Counted from the stretch's first letter, positions 1-11,554 are shown. The stretch is 64,000 nt of DNA from Minutocellus sp. GHC0000111 (GCA_977018835.1 OZ361257.1:3906001-3970000); one strand, 5' to 3'. Translations and numbers: made by a program. Notes: generated from the letters alone by a model not told the origin.

Positions 1-496
1 TCTAGAGGGCAAGACTTGCCACTCTGGGTCGCACTCACACTTGTAGCAGTCCCCGTAGGTGGGTCAAGGGCCAGAGAGTGTAAGCATTTTGTATGGTAAA
101 TGGCGGATTAAGGACTGCCTTCGGAAGGTGAGTTTGGGGTGGGTTTGGAGGCCGAAGGCAAGATTTTTTTGAATTTTGGGAGTGCTAGGGAGTGGTTTCT
201 GGTGTACGTACTACAATGTAGTCCCCTGGACATTTGATGCCAATGTGATGGAAATGTCCGGGGGACTACCTAGTAATACGTACGTAGACGCAAGCTGTAG
301 TCAAAGTTTGTTGCTACTGCTTTCGCTGATGCTACATGTGCGGCAAGTCACTCTGATTGCGTCCATGCAGCAGCGCTAACAATGCAAGCAAAGTGCAAAT
401 AACAAGCATCTTATATATTTATATCTCCATATCGCACAATGTGATCATCCAGTGCGTGTGGCAGGCAGCACACTTGCTTCTTCTGCCTCCTGCCTG

Positions 497-1500
497 CTAC
501 GTGGTTGGTCGAGAGAGCCTAATTTGTCGAGTTAATTTCTGGACAATCATTTTCACGCCATTCAAGAACTGAACCTGGCCTCTCTTGCACATCCTGTCTC
601 CATTCGGTTCTACTGATATCAGTTCATACCAACGTATTTTTACTATCCAATCATTCTTCTGGAACGAATTTGTGCTGCTGCTGTGTAGCAGCAGCAGAGA
701 GACTGGGGGGGCGTCCAACTTTCTTGCCGGCCCCTCCTCTCGTCCAAGGAAGTGCTCGTCATCCGGATTCAACCTTCGTTCTGATCGAACACAACCTTCT
801 CATGCTCAGATGGGCAATCGTAATTTATCGCCGGCTCGTGCAGCAACGCCTGCTCTTGCCGCCTCTTTGCTCTGTGTGTGGCCGGCCGACCGTCGTGTCA
901 GTCACCTCATGTTCATGAGGCAGAGGCACTTGTCAGAAGGAGCAGCAGACGGCACCGAACTTGGCTGACTGCTTGGCTTCAAAGATGGCTTGGAAGTGGG
1001 AATGATTGTGCTCAACCTTAACGTGAGTGGATCGAAGCACTGCTCAGCATTGGTCTCGCCTGCCTGGGAGGAGAGAGGTGGTAGAGGCAGCAGGTCTTCG
1101 TCTACCTCGTCGGAACCCACCGTCAAAGTGCACTCATTTGAGACCATCACGTCAACTCCTTTGTGCAAGCCGCATTTGGAACATCTAGAGACACACCTTT
1201 TTGAACACCTCAGCATGTTTCTTGTAATTAGGGTTTGCTTCTACCACCCTTGAGAAATGAGCACACACTTTGAAGTGCCACTCTTCGTTCCGAAAATCCT
1301 TTGGTTCTTACAAAATTCTCTTCTTAATTACATCAGGGTCGTTATTATAAGTAATGTTGCTTGTTGGCAATTGGTTGTGCTATCAACTGGCACAATGTCC
1401 CATTTCAGCGATGTCGGTTTGCAATTGCTTTGCTTTCGGCGATGGTTCCTGTTTTTCGAGGATCTCAAGAGCGACTTGTTCGACTGTTTGATATCCAGTC
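497..1500 (-). pseudogene. Decayed ORF, possibly a transposon-derived remnant
   Basis: ORFs 902..1216 and 497..772 share one frame and join through in-frame TGAs at 902-904, 806-808 and 800-802. Contains a Cys cluster (CSKRCVSRCSKC) and 'NDWIVKIRWYEL'. Upstream boundary approximate; family not recognised. Confidence 0.35.
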
Positions 1501-1590
1501 AAACAAGTCATGGAAATATGTGCCAGGATTGATTCATTTTGCTCCGTCGCTTTCGTTTTTCTTTTGCCCTCCATCCACCATTCAGCAACC

Positions 1591-3747
1591 ATGGCGCCGT
1601 TGATCACCACCAGCCCGGCCAAGTGGCGGAGGAACAAGCCCGGTGCCGCAGCGCCGGAATCGTCGGCATGCTGTGCCATCGTTGACGACGAGCCCTCAAA
1701 AAGTTTCGGCGTATCATCGGCCTCGCCGCCGTCCTATCCATTATGTCTGTCGGTCCGTTTCCTCGTCCTGGCGACCCTGGTCACGTGCTGGGTTGGCTTC
1801 TTCCAGAACTTTCGATCGCAAGGTTATCATCAAGGTGGTAGATCGGACGGCAGGTATGCATTAGATGATTCTATATTTGCAGAGAGCCATGGCAGTGCGG
1901 CAGCTGCGAGGGGAGCCGTGCGTCGCCGAAGAGGACGGCAAGAAGCCAAAGTAGGACCCCGAGATGGCACAGATTTTCCAGAAACCAAAGTAGGCGAGGG
2001 ATATCAAGATACGGCGATTGATCCCTCAAAACCAAGCAATGGAAAGGCACAGAATGACAATAAGGGTGGTGAAGGCGGACAGCCCTCGTCCACAAGAACT
2101 GAAACAGCGGCGGTACCAGCGGCAACTGCAGCTGCGACTACAAATGACGACGACGACGAATCAAACGAAGAAGATGATGAAGAAGAAGATGACGACGAAG
2201 ACATTGATCTGGACACCATGCTGTTCGTAGAGAATCGCATTCTCATCGCCCCCGGCGAATTGCCGGGCTACACCGGCTGGGCCCGGCCGGAACTCACCTT
2301 AGCCGGCCACTTCCAAATCATCGGCGTGTCGGAAATGAAGGGCACGGTCCACCAAGAGTGGTCCGTCGACGTCGAGTGCACCCACGAACAATGCAAGGGC
2401 GGTGGGTCACTCTTTTATCTCCGTGCGTACGGACCGTCCATCATCACCGGAAGGATGGAGGACAATGGCGATGGGACGTACCGTGCCATCTTTTACCCCA
2501 CCGATCCTGGCAGGTACACCATCGAGGTTGTGCTAGAGTTTAGCCAGAAGCCGGAATACGACATGTTCCCCGTGGGGGTCAACGATACCGAGATGCCGTA
2601 CGAGGGTTGGCTGCTGCCGGGTTTTCCCATGCAGATCACTATTGAAAAGGGGGACAAGACTGAGGATGAAGACGGTCGTAAGGGTGATAAGGACAAGGCA
2701 GTGGCCATCGCAGACGAACGACCGTGGTGCAACCTCGACCAGCTCCTTGAAACCGATACCGACAGCGGCCGGACCAAGGGCCGATGGAAGGTTGTCGACA
2801 ATGTTCGGACCAAGTACCACCGCCAAATCACCCCCGATGGCAACGGCGTGTCCTACCTGGGATATCAGCACGGACTCAACTCGCTGGGCGTCAAGATGAA
2901 GTACGACAACAACGACTGCAAGGTCCTGACCTACGCCCGTGCCAACCGAGACGCCGACGGGGTTCATCTGGTCAACCGATGCCTGTCCAATTTGGGCATC
3001 GCCAACAGTCCCCGGCCGCAGGATCAGATCCACGTCATATTTGTGGGATGTTCCGTCATGAGGTTGATGCATTCGTCCTTTGACTTTTTGCTCCGCAAGG
3101 CCAACATGACCAATGTTCGGACCAGTCTGGTCGACATTCGACGGGGGCTGTTCCGGACCCTTCCCCACATGAAGAGCCAGCTCAACAACTTCACCAAGAC
3201 GTTTCCAGACGAACGCAAGATGGTGGTGTTCAATACTGGGCTGCACGACGTCGATCGACTGTGCAGTGCCAGGATGTGGCCGGCACGAGAACGTGATCAG
3301 GAGCTCATGAACAAGACCATACCGGAGGGCGAACCGTGCATCGCCACGTATCAGAAGCAATTCCGTGAGATGGTGAAGTTCATTGGTGACTATCCCGCCG
3401 AGCTCAAGGTGTTCCGTTCCACGACACCGGGTTGGATGAAATACGGCAACTTTGGATTCAGCTGGCCGACCGACTTTACCCAGCCGTTCCAACGATCGCA
3501 TCACATGGTGACGCAGATCAACGACATTGCCTTCGATGTGCTGGCCAATGCGGACAATGCCGATGATATATTGATAATGGACGGATTCTGGACGTCGCTG
3601 GCTCGACCGGACAACACCGAAATGGGACCGAGGAATCAGATTGGCAAGCACATGGTCCATCCTGGTGTGGAGGTAATGGATGCTCTGGCGCGAAAGTTTA
3701 TGCACATCATGGTGCGATCGACATGCAGCGAGGCATTGGACTCATAA
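1591..3747 (+). CDS. Type II membrane protein with an Ig/filamin-like domain and an SGNH/PC-esterase (NXPE/CPED1-like) domain
   Basis: N-terminal TM (FLVLATLVTCWVGFF), acidic linker, Ig-like 'DNGDGTYRAIFYPTDPGRYTIEV', SGNH-like blocks 'IFVGCSVMR', 'FNTGLHD' and 'HMVHPG'. The ATG at 1591 (CAACCATGG) is preferred over 1510. Confidence 0.75.
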   Translation: MAPLITTSPAKWRRNKPGAAAPESSACCAIVDDEPSKSFGVSSASPPSYPLCLSVRFLVLATLVTCWVGFFQNFRSQGYHQGGRSDGRYALDDSIFAESHGSAAAARGAVRRRRGRQEAKVGPRDGTDFPETKVGEGYQDTAIDPSKPSNGKAQNDNKGGEGGQPSSTRTETAAVPAATAAATTNDDDDESNEEDDEEEDDDEDIDLDTMLFVENRILIAPGELPGYTGWARPELTLAGHFQIIGVSEMKGTVHQEWSVDVECTHEQCKGGGSLFYLRAYGPSIITGRMEDNGDGTYRAIFYPTDPGRYTIEVVLEFSQKPEYDMFPVGVNDTEMPYEGWLLPGFPMQITIEKGDKTEDEDGRKGDKDKAVAIADERPWCNLDQLLETDTDSGRTKGRWKVVDNVRTKYHRQITPDGNGVSYLGYQHGLNSLGVKMKYDNNDCKVLTYARANRDADGVHLVNRCLSNLGIANSPRPQDQIHVIFVGCSVMRLMHSSFDFLLRKANMTNVRTSLVDIRRGLFRTLPHMKSQLNNFTKTFPDERKMVVFNTGLHDVDRLCSARMWPARERDQELMNKTIPEGEPCIATYQKQFREMVKFIGDYPAELKVFRSTTPGWMKYGNFGFSWPTDFTQPFQRSHHMVTQINDIAFDVLANADNADDILIMDGFWTSLARPDNTEMGPRNQIGKHMVHPGVEVMDALARKFMHIMVRSTCSEALDS

Positions 3748-3808
3748 AACAAAATGCAAGTAAAAGAAATGACCACGACGTAGGAATCCTACATGTTGTA
3801 TGATTATT

Positions 3809-5518
3809 TTAGCGTTCTGCCGATACGTTTGCAATGACGGTCAGCCAAATCCTGGCCATGGCGTCGACAACCTCCACTCCTGGATGCACCATGTGTTTGC
3901 CGATGGCATTGTCCTCGCCGATTTCGCGATGATCCGGTCGAGCGAGGGTGATATAGTAGCCATCGACGATGGGAAAACGCCCACCACTGGCATCCTCGAC
4001 GACTTCCTTGGCCACCTCATTGAAGTGGGCAACAGCATTGGGAGATAGAGAATAGGGCTGATATTCAGTGGGGTTCCAGGCAAATCCAAAGTTTCCGTAG
4101 GGCATCCATCCCGCCGAGGTGGTTTGGAACGCAACGAGCTCAGCTGGATAGCGAGCCAAGAAAGAAGTGAGCTCATAAAGTAGCGTCTTGTAGACCTCCA
4201 TACAACTGAACTCATCATCTGCGAGTGGGAAGAATTTGCTCCTTGCATTCTTGTACTTGATTGAGCAAAGCTGCGCAATATCATGCAGGCCGGCATTGAA
4301 TAATACGACCCTCCTCTCGTTTGGATTCTCAGCTGCAATCTGCTGCAACTCTTCGATAACTCCGTCGAGCCTCCTTGCGAGTCCACCATGAGTGCCAATG
4401 ATTGTCGCCTTTGCGCCATAACCAGCAGAGTCAAGTTCCAAACGAACGCGACGGTGCTGCAGGCCCATCACTGAGTCGCCAATGAAAATAAGATGAACGC
4501 TAAAGCTTTCGTCGTCGGCAGTGTGAAACCAATCATTGCCTACCAGTTCGCATCCTACTGGCTGATACTCCATCTTGATCCCAAGCGAATTGTACCCGTC
4601 ACGATAACCCTCCAAAGATGCATGGTTAGGATCGACGGTGTGCACACTATAATTGGAGTTGCGTACCTTCTCTGTGACTATCCATCTACCCTTTGCCAGA
4701 ACGTTGGCATTGTCGTCTTCCTCCATCCCGTTTGCATGTATCGGAAGCTGACCAATTGTACAGAGAGGCAGGTCATCACCGTCTTTGTCGAATATGGACG
4801 ATGGTAGCACCTCGAGCTGCAGTGGAAATCCATGCAATAGATGTCCCTCATATCCGGGCTCCTCGTGATCATCATTGCCCAGAGGAAGTGACTCCATCGG
4901 CGGGGGACTGGTGAAGGCCACGATCGCCTCGACGGTATACGATCCGGCATCGAGGGGGTAGTAACTCAGACGGTAGTAGTATGCTGATCCACCAACATCA
5001 TCCATATCCAACTTATTGGCAACACCGGCAATCACCGATGGGCCATATGCCCGTAAGTAAAATTCTGTCGAGCTATTGCTGCTGATGCATTCAATATGAG
5101 AGCATCGAACATCGACGTAGAATTCCTCTCCGGCAGTGGAAACAAACTTTTGCTGCTGGGGGTCGATGCCATCGATGCTGCTACCACTACTGCTGCCAAA
5201 AGATAGCCGCGACGACAACGACGACCAAGGGCAAGACGAACAACCTACAATCTCAAAGTGACCGGCAGAGGTCCGCTCCGGCCGAGCCCAGCCGGTGTAT
5301 CCAGGCAACTCGCCGGGGACAATGATGCTGCCGGCTGGAGTTGTCCTTGTCGTCCTTGGACGACTCGGGTTTGAAAGTAGACGGAGCGAAGATGACGACG
5401 ACAATGGCCAATCATGTAGCCAGGGAAGGTTGGAACTTGCCTGGAGCAAGGCGATGGCAACGGCCGAAGCCAGGAGGCAGACGTAGAAGAGAAGGTTCGG
5501 CAGCGCTGTCCTTGCCAT
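3809..5518 (-). CDS. Paralogous Ig-like + SGNH/PC-esterase membrane protein
   Basis: Shares 'PGELPGYTGWARPE', 'FYLRAYGPS', 'NSLG.KM.Y', 'FNAGLHD', 'YGNFGF.W' and 'IGKHMVHPGVEV' with 1591..3747. Canonical 'IFIGDSVM'. N-terminal hydrophobic anchor. Confidence 0.75.
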   Translation of the reverse strand: MARTALPNLLFYVCLLASAVAIALLQASSNLPWLHDWPLSSSSSLRLLSNPSRPRTTRTTPAGSIIVPGELPGYTGWARPERTSAGHFEIVGCSSCPWSSLSSRLSFGSSSGSSIDGIDPQQQKFVSTAGEEFYVDVRCSHIECISSNSSTEFYLRAYGPSVIAGVANKLDMDDVGGSAYYYRLSYYPLDAGSYTVEAIVAFTSPPPMESLPLGNDDHEEPGYEGHLLHGFPLQLEVLPSSIFDKDGDDLPLCTIGQLPIHANGMEEDDNANVLAKGRWIVTEKVRNSNYSVHTVDPNHASLEGYRDGYNSLGIKMEYQPVGCELVGNDWFHTADDESFSVHLIFIGDSVMGLQHRRVRLELDSAGYGAKATIIGTHGGLARRLDGVIEELQQIAAENPNERRVVLFNAGLHDIAQLCSIKYKNARSKFFPLADDEFSCMEVYKTLLYELTSFLARYPAELVAFQTTSAGWMPYGNFGFAWNPTEYQPYSLSPNAVAHFNEVAKEVVEDASGGRFPIVDGYYITLARPDHREIGEDNAIGKHMVHPGVEVVDAMARIWLTVIANVSAER

Positions 5519-5870
5519 GGTAGATGGTCTGCAGCAAGGCAAAGTGAGACTTCATTTTTCAAAGCATGATTAATATTTTTTTTCGCCTGTTTGTTTGAAA
5601 TCGAAGATGACTATGTCACGGAAGCTGAAATTTCCAGAAGGTTCTTCACGCTTCTATTTTGGGTTTCCGTGACAAAGTCATTGCATCATATCACATCGAA
5701 TACAAAAATAAACATTCGCGTTCAATAAGGAATCATGTATTCCTTGAATAAAACACGTCAGTCGAGTTGCTTTACCGCAACGCAAGAGGGCGGAACCAAG
5801 GCGGATAGTAACAGCACATCTCGTGCCTACTTTTGTTCCTCCGGTATCTTGTGCATTAATACTTGCAACG

Positions 5871-7220
5871 ATGAAGCTCTCCGCCGCCTTCGTCCTCCTC
5901 GGCGCCGCCTCCCAGGCCGCTGCCTTCGCCCCCCAGCCCATGGGCGCCTCGACCGCCGCCCGAGCTCGAGATGGCCAACGGCGCCAAGCGGGCCGCCGCC
6001 CGCAAGGTCCTCAAGATGGTCGGCAAGGTGGCCGGTGCCGCCGCCTCCGTCACCCTCGCCACGGCCGGAGTTCCCTCCTCGGTCGTCGCCGCCAAGAAGG
6101 CCGCCGAGGTCGTCGAGACCGTTGACAACACCAAGACCCTCGTAACGGCCGGTGCCGCCTTCGCCGCCGGTTTGGCCTCCAATTCCATCCTCGGCAGCCT
6201 CACCGGCCTCGCCGGACCTACTGCCGACATGGTCGAGAGCGTCGACAAGTCGTTCCCCGGCGCGCAGAAGAACAAGGAGCTGGTCAAGAGCATCAAGTCC
6301 GCGTTGGACAAGTACGGCTACGGCAAGGATTCCCTCGTCGCCACCAGTCTTTGTGCCGATGAGGTCAACCGTGTCCTCGAGAAGGATTTGGGGGCTGCCT
6401 TCGACTACAACTTCCACATGGGTGGTCTTGCCGGTGAGTTTGTCATTTATTCGCATATATATATACATTTGCATGCAAATGTGTGGTTATTGTGTTTCTC
6501 TGCTGTGAGAAATGTTGTGGTTGGCAGCATGCAAATATGTGATATCGTATCTTTTTCGCATATTGGCATTGTATCTTTCCATTTGTACAACTCAATTGCT
6601 CACATCATTTATTTGTCCATATGCTCTACCCATCATACCCATTCCCCCCAAAAGGCTTCCCCTTCGGTGGCATCACCTCCTTCGGTGCCATGGCCTCGCA
6701 CATTCCCGACGGTGGCTCCTGCCTCGTCGTCTTCGGCCCCCACGTCGGTGTCGACTCCACCGGCAAGGTCGGTACCGTCGAACGTCGCGGCCGTGCCAAC
6801 GGCGGTGCGTGCTGCGGTTCCGCCGTCGCCGCCTCCGGCTACGTCAGCCAGGTCCACACCGGTGCCACCACCAAGTACGGACCTCCCGAGGTTCCCGACG
6901 ATGCTCAGCAGAACTTTGTCGGTACCGCCCTTCTCCCCTACGCCGCCCATCTCGAGGCTGCCGAGGATAAGATGACCGAGCTCCCTTACGCTTTGTATGA
7001 TGCCCAGAAGAAGCTCATGGACACCATTGTGCAGGCTGGATGCGGTTCGGTCGCTGGTGAGGGTAAGGTTGCCGTTTTGGGTGGTATTCAGGTCAACACT
7101 CCCCCCGGTTCGTCCGATTACTTCCTCCCCCTCAGCTTTGAGGTCTTTGATAACAAGGGTACCATGATTGAGGATCTCGGATCTGCCATTGAGGCCGGAA
7201 AGAAGCCCACCTTTGCATAA
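5871..7220 (+). CDS. Theta-class carbonic anhydrase (LCIB/CGHR family), plastid-targeted; intron 6434-6654; apparent frameshift near 5960
   Basis: Motifs 'SLCADEVNR', 'MGGLAG|FPFGG.TSFGAMASHIPDGG', 'GPHVG' and 'ACCGSAVAA'. Signal peptide ending 'AAA-FAP'. A GTGAGT..AAG intron restores GGLAGFPFGG. The signal-peptide ATG (5871) is 100 nt upstream of the 5971 frame, so it is out of frame. Confidence 0.88.
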
Positions 7221-7479
7221 ATCTATTTGGAGAAGAAATTGGAGACGGAACGCTTATTCGGTTGGAAAACGAGAAAGAATATGTGTGTGCGAGCTACGAC
7301 GAGCTAGCTAATAAAAGAGAAAAAAGGGTTACCTATACCGGCTGGACTGTGCAAGTAAGGTGACGCTTTCCGGAACAAAATTTTACTATGCATAACATAT
7401 TAGTGAATCTACTTATTGAAGCTTCATGTGAAGTCCAATAATTCTCAAGTGGAATCAATATGAAGGTAGCAAATTTTTA

Positions 7480-8672
7480 TCAATGATATGGGAAACGTCC
7501 CTCCTTCCACTGCTTTCCCAGATCTTGTGCCTCTTTGCACTCCTTCGCATGCCCAAGACCATCGCTGCGATTCCAATGCAACTTCTGGCACTCGCGGCTA
7601 CAATAGCAGTATGCTTTGCATCCTTTGCACAGCTTGCGATCGGATGCATCGAGGGCGACGTTGCAGGTTGCGCAGTGTCTCCGAAGGCTCGCGAGTTTGA
7701 GAGGGACTCGATCAAGTTCGCTAGACTCCATGGCTAGTAGTAGGGACTCCTTGAATTTGATTGGAAGGTTAAACCACGCAGCTCCCATCAACGCATACCT
7801 TTCTAGCACGTAGGAAGCCATTGCTGCACTGATAGGATCGCTCAAATTTTTGAGGCCTCTTCTAGCCAAGGAAGTGACTGCTTCGTATCTCCAACATCGC
7901 TAAAATGTCCTCCGAGGAAATACTGAGCTTGGCCCACGCCCTTCATTGCAAGCAATCCAATCGCAGTAAATGCCTCCGACAGACCAACATCTGACTTTGA
8001 AGAAAGCGCTGATGATAGATTGGTGATTGCAAAATCACTCAACTGAAATCGAGTTGAGTGATGTTCAGCGTCGAGCAGCGGCATCATCATGCTGGTGGCC
8101 TTGATAATATCCCTCTTGTCATGCTGGACCATCTGCTCTGCAAGGTTGCGAAAGCACGTCGCAAAATCAGGCGCATTGATGATTGAGGGATCGAATTTTA
8201 TCGCCTTCTCGAAGCAGTCCCTGGCCTCGGATAGACTCTGCTCACAGCCAAACCCTTGTGAATAGCACTGCCCGAGGCCTTTGAAAGCAAGAGGGTGATT
8301 TTTGTTGGCAGCTTTTTGAAAGCACACGAAGGCATCTGGGAGTGACTTCCTGTGGCACAACACGCCAAAGACAAGTAGAGCCCATGGGTGGCCCTGTCCG
8401 AGTCGCTTCGTGAGGAAGTGGCGGCGGCTGTGTCCCGCCACAAAGCAGAATGGACAGCACTGAGTTGCTCGTGTGATGCACTCATTGCATAGCCTCGTGC
8501 CGCAGCATACTTGCGGTAGCACCCACCGATCATTGGCTTCTGAACACGACGAACACAGCAACGGATCCTCGTTGGTACAAGTTGTGCCATCTGGACGAGG
8601 CCCGAGGCCGAGAGCAGCGCCAGCCGCCTTGGCCTTGGCCTTGGCCTCCTTCCGCTTGCTCTTCTTGCCCAT
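7480..8672 (-). CDS. RING-like + Sel1-like repeats + C-terminal MYND zinc finger protein (1-nt frameshift at T5 run 7847-7851)
   Basis: N-terminal CxxC..CCG..CxxC..CPFC; Sel1 'LGQCYSQGFGCEQSLSEARDCFEKA'; MYND 'CATC..KLCKGCKAYCYCSRECQKLHW..HAKEC'. Adding one A joins the ORFs as WLEEASKNLSDP. Confidence 0.8.
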
Positions 8673-9096
8673 GGCGATGAAGACGAGGAAGCGATCGATA
8701 GCGATCGCCTTTGTGAGAACGCCGATTCAAACCAGATACTCACGCAAGCACTGTTCAATAATTGGCGCTAGCTAGCGGGGACCGTCGGTCTTGGGAGACG
8801 CAAGCTACGAGTCGAGTCAGTGGGTTTGACTGCCGCGCCGTTGATACTCGCCATTGTGGCGGTCCAAATTTGAATTCGTATTGCGGGGAAACAATGACAA
8901 AGATGGGAGCTTTTGCCCCTAAATTAGAAGAACCCGGATTTAGTGTATGATGTGCTCGTAAACCCCAAAGATACGATCGGTCGTACAAAGCCAAAGGCAG
9001 AGCAGTACCTAGGTACGATCCGAGCAAGCTGCGGATTGCCACTTCCTCTCTGCATCTCTGATTGATTTTCTCTCTACGATTCAACTAATGAAAACC

Positions 9097-10775
9097 ATGA
9101 CCACCACCTACGCTCCCTCCCTGTGCGGACTCCTCGAGTTGCTCCTCCGTCCAGGCCAGCATGCAGCATGCAGCATGCCGGCGCCCTAACGATGGACAGC
9201 ATGCAGTTCGAACTGTCCAAGCTCGGCGTCCCCTCCCACCAATACAAACGTTTAAAGAAGGCCGATCTGTGCGAATTCTTGCGCACCACGATCGAATCTT
9301 ACCTTGTTCGGCCCGAGCACTTACAACCCGACACCTACAAGAGACTGGCCCAGCTGCCTCCTGACCAACTTTGATGACAAGTTCTACCTGGCCAAGCTCA
9401 AAGTGCGGGACTTGAGTGAGGACCGACGACATTGTGCATCTGGAGGAACTCGCCGAACGTCTCCGAACGACCATGGAGGCGGAACGGCAGGAATTTCTGG
9501 ACAAGCAGGCCGCGTACATGTATGACGAGGAACACAAGAACAAGAAGCATGTGATTACCGACGAAGAACGGAAGCGGATGGAGGAGAGTCGCAAGAGAGC
9601 TCTCGAGCTCAAGGAGGAGAAGAGGGCCAAGAAACAAAAGCTTGCTGCTGATAGTACGCCGGCTACTCCCAGTCCATATGCCAAATTTGGACCCAGCAAG
9701 AGTCCGCCGGTCAACCCATATGCCGCGGCCAATAAGCAAAAGGCAACTAACTCTTCGACTGCGGAAGCTGCTTCTCCCAGCGGTACTACATCTACTAGTA
9801 AGAAGAAGAGAGCCAGTAGGATTGTTCACATCACCCCGCCATCGACTGCGAAACCATCAACTCCACTTGCATCTCCTATCAGTCAAAGTCATGCCGCTGC
9901 CACCGCTCCAGCTAAACCATGTGTTCGATGCGGATTGGATTATGATGATACTTCGCTTTGTATCGTTTGGACCCACAAGGGCGAGATCCATCGGCAACGA
10001 GCATACAACGGATGGGATCAGTTCAGGTATGACTGCTGCAACCGGCTAGATCCCTCCCCGTGCTATGTCGGTCGGAATGTCCGTTCCAGTGGCGGACGTA
10101 GCGGTCATCACATCAACATGGCCGTCACGTGCAACTGTGGGAGCAGGGCCACGATCCGACGAACGAAGAAGGAAAACAACAACAAACACCGGCTGTTCTT
10201 CACCTGTCCCGATCAGTCGTGCAATTTCTTCTCGTGGTGCGACGAGGCGTTCAACTTGCCCCCCAGACGGTATGTCAAGGCATCCGATGGCGTCGATGAA
10301 CATCAATATCTTCATGCCAACCCGTTTGGCGAGAATGAATCTTGTTGGCCCGGGCTCATTCCCGGAGCTTCACACCATGTATCAGTACTGACAAAGGCTC
10401 GTGGCGGCCGTTCTGGTAAACTCGATACAGCTGCAGGCTGATGGTCATACGGGCTACACTTGTTCGTCGAACCTGTTCGAGCAACTCTTTGGGGAGGGTG
10501 ACTTCGCCTCGCCCAGACCCAACGATCCGTTCGAATGCTGGAGGAATGGCAACATCGAACAGGCCCTCCGTCCCTTGACACTGCAGCAGATTTCGAATCG
10601 CTTTGGGGACGTTCACGGCCAGCCAGTACCAGCGAAGGAGGAAGTGGAGGCAATATTGCTGGAATTATTAGAGAAGGGAAATGCGACCATTCGTACTACG
10701 GTGACGACATATATCCCCACCAGTGGCAATGGTGCAGGCAGCTGGTCTGGTCTTGTAACGTATTTTGAGCTATAG
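9097..10775 (+). pseudogene. Disrupted gene for a GRF-type zinc finger protein
   Basis: zf-GRF-like 'CNCG..ATIRRTKKENNNKHRLFFTCPDQSCNFFSWCD' near 10130-10243. Frame is broken by CAGCATG x3 (9157-9177), an extra T (~9371), TGAG x2 (~9413-9420) and a shift near 10410-10435. Confidence 0.65.
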
Positions 10776-10892
10776 GCAGCAGAAAGAGATACATGTGTGG
10801 CTTAGAGTAGCACCCTCTATGTAATAATGGCCAAAGTTATTATTTATTTTCTGCGTGCAACCATGTATTCCTCTTTTGAACTCGGGGCCAAT

Positions 10893-11198
10893 TTATATTC
10901 CAATTTCGTCATCGACCTCTTCATCTGAATCGCTATCATCAAAGAAGAAGTCGTAGCCGAGGCTGAGGGGGTGGCGTTCTGTAATTAGTGAGGACAAAGG
11001 CACGCTCCGCTTGCGCTTTGAAAGAGGCCTAGATTCACCCCCCAGCGACGCAGCGTAAGTTTGGTAAGATGATCGACTTCCGAAGCACAAAGGATGACAG
11101 CGACGACTGGTCTGGGTGGTGTAGGTTGATTCACCTGTTTGTGGATTTGCCGTGTGTCTTGGTTTCGAGTTGGAAGGGGTTGAAGTTGAGGAGGACAT
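10893..11198 (-). CDS. Small Ser-rich protein (~101 aa) with a 'LSSLITERHPLSLG' motif and acidic tail
   Basis: Its C-terminal motif matches that of the divergently transcribed ORF 11847..12746, which supports coding status. Confidence 0.55.
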   Translation of the reverse strand: MSSSTSTPSNSKPRHTANPQTGESTYTTQTSRRCHPLCFGSRSSYQTYAASLGGESRPLSKRKRSVPLSSLITERHPLSLGYDFFFDDSDSDEEVDDEIGI

Positions 11199-11482
11199 GT
11201 AGTAGATGAAGTGTCCCTTCCAAAGTTGGCCTGCTATAAACCCTACGCCGCACACTAATTCTACACACAGACTTCCGACCTGGCAAGAAAACGCGTTCTG
11301 ATTGTGCGGCGTGTCTTGTCGCGTCTGTCTTTCAGAAACAGTCGCCGCGGATCAGTGGTTGACTCAGCAGACATTATTTTATTTCTGAGTCAGGGCCTTC
11401 CGGTGCTAGGAATTCTCGGTGTGTGGTGACGAAAAAGACAAGTTCTCTGATGTGCGATGACGAAAAGAAAGCAAAGCTCAAA

Positions 11483-11554
11483 GACCGTCGTACGGATCGC
11501 GTCGCTGGAAACCTGTGCGGCGCGCTGTCCCACTTTCCGAGCATGACGCGTCTC
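11483..11554. repeat. Left arm of a ~75-bp inverted repeat (partner 13837-13915)
   Basis: GACCGTCGTACGGATCGCGTCGCTGGAAACCTGTGCGGCGCGCTGTCCCACTTTCCGAGCATGACGCGTCTC is the reverse complement of 13837-13915 apart from 2 mismatches and a 7-nt indel. Confidence 0.9.

Noticed and set aside
2533..3705. Long antisense ORFs (also 16256-17029, 18813-19679, 36890-37801, 54923-55843)
   Set aside because: Shadows of GC3-rich genes on the opposite strand with no recognisable motifs.
6434..6450. Shared intron start GTGAGTTTGTCAT at 6434 and 17332 as an introner element
   Set aside because: Similarity does not extend much beyond the donor region.
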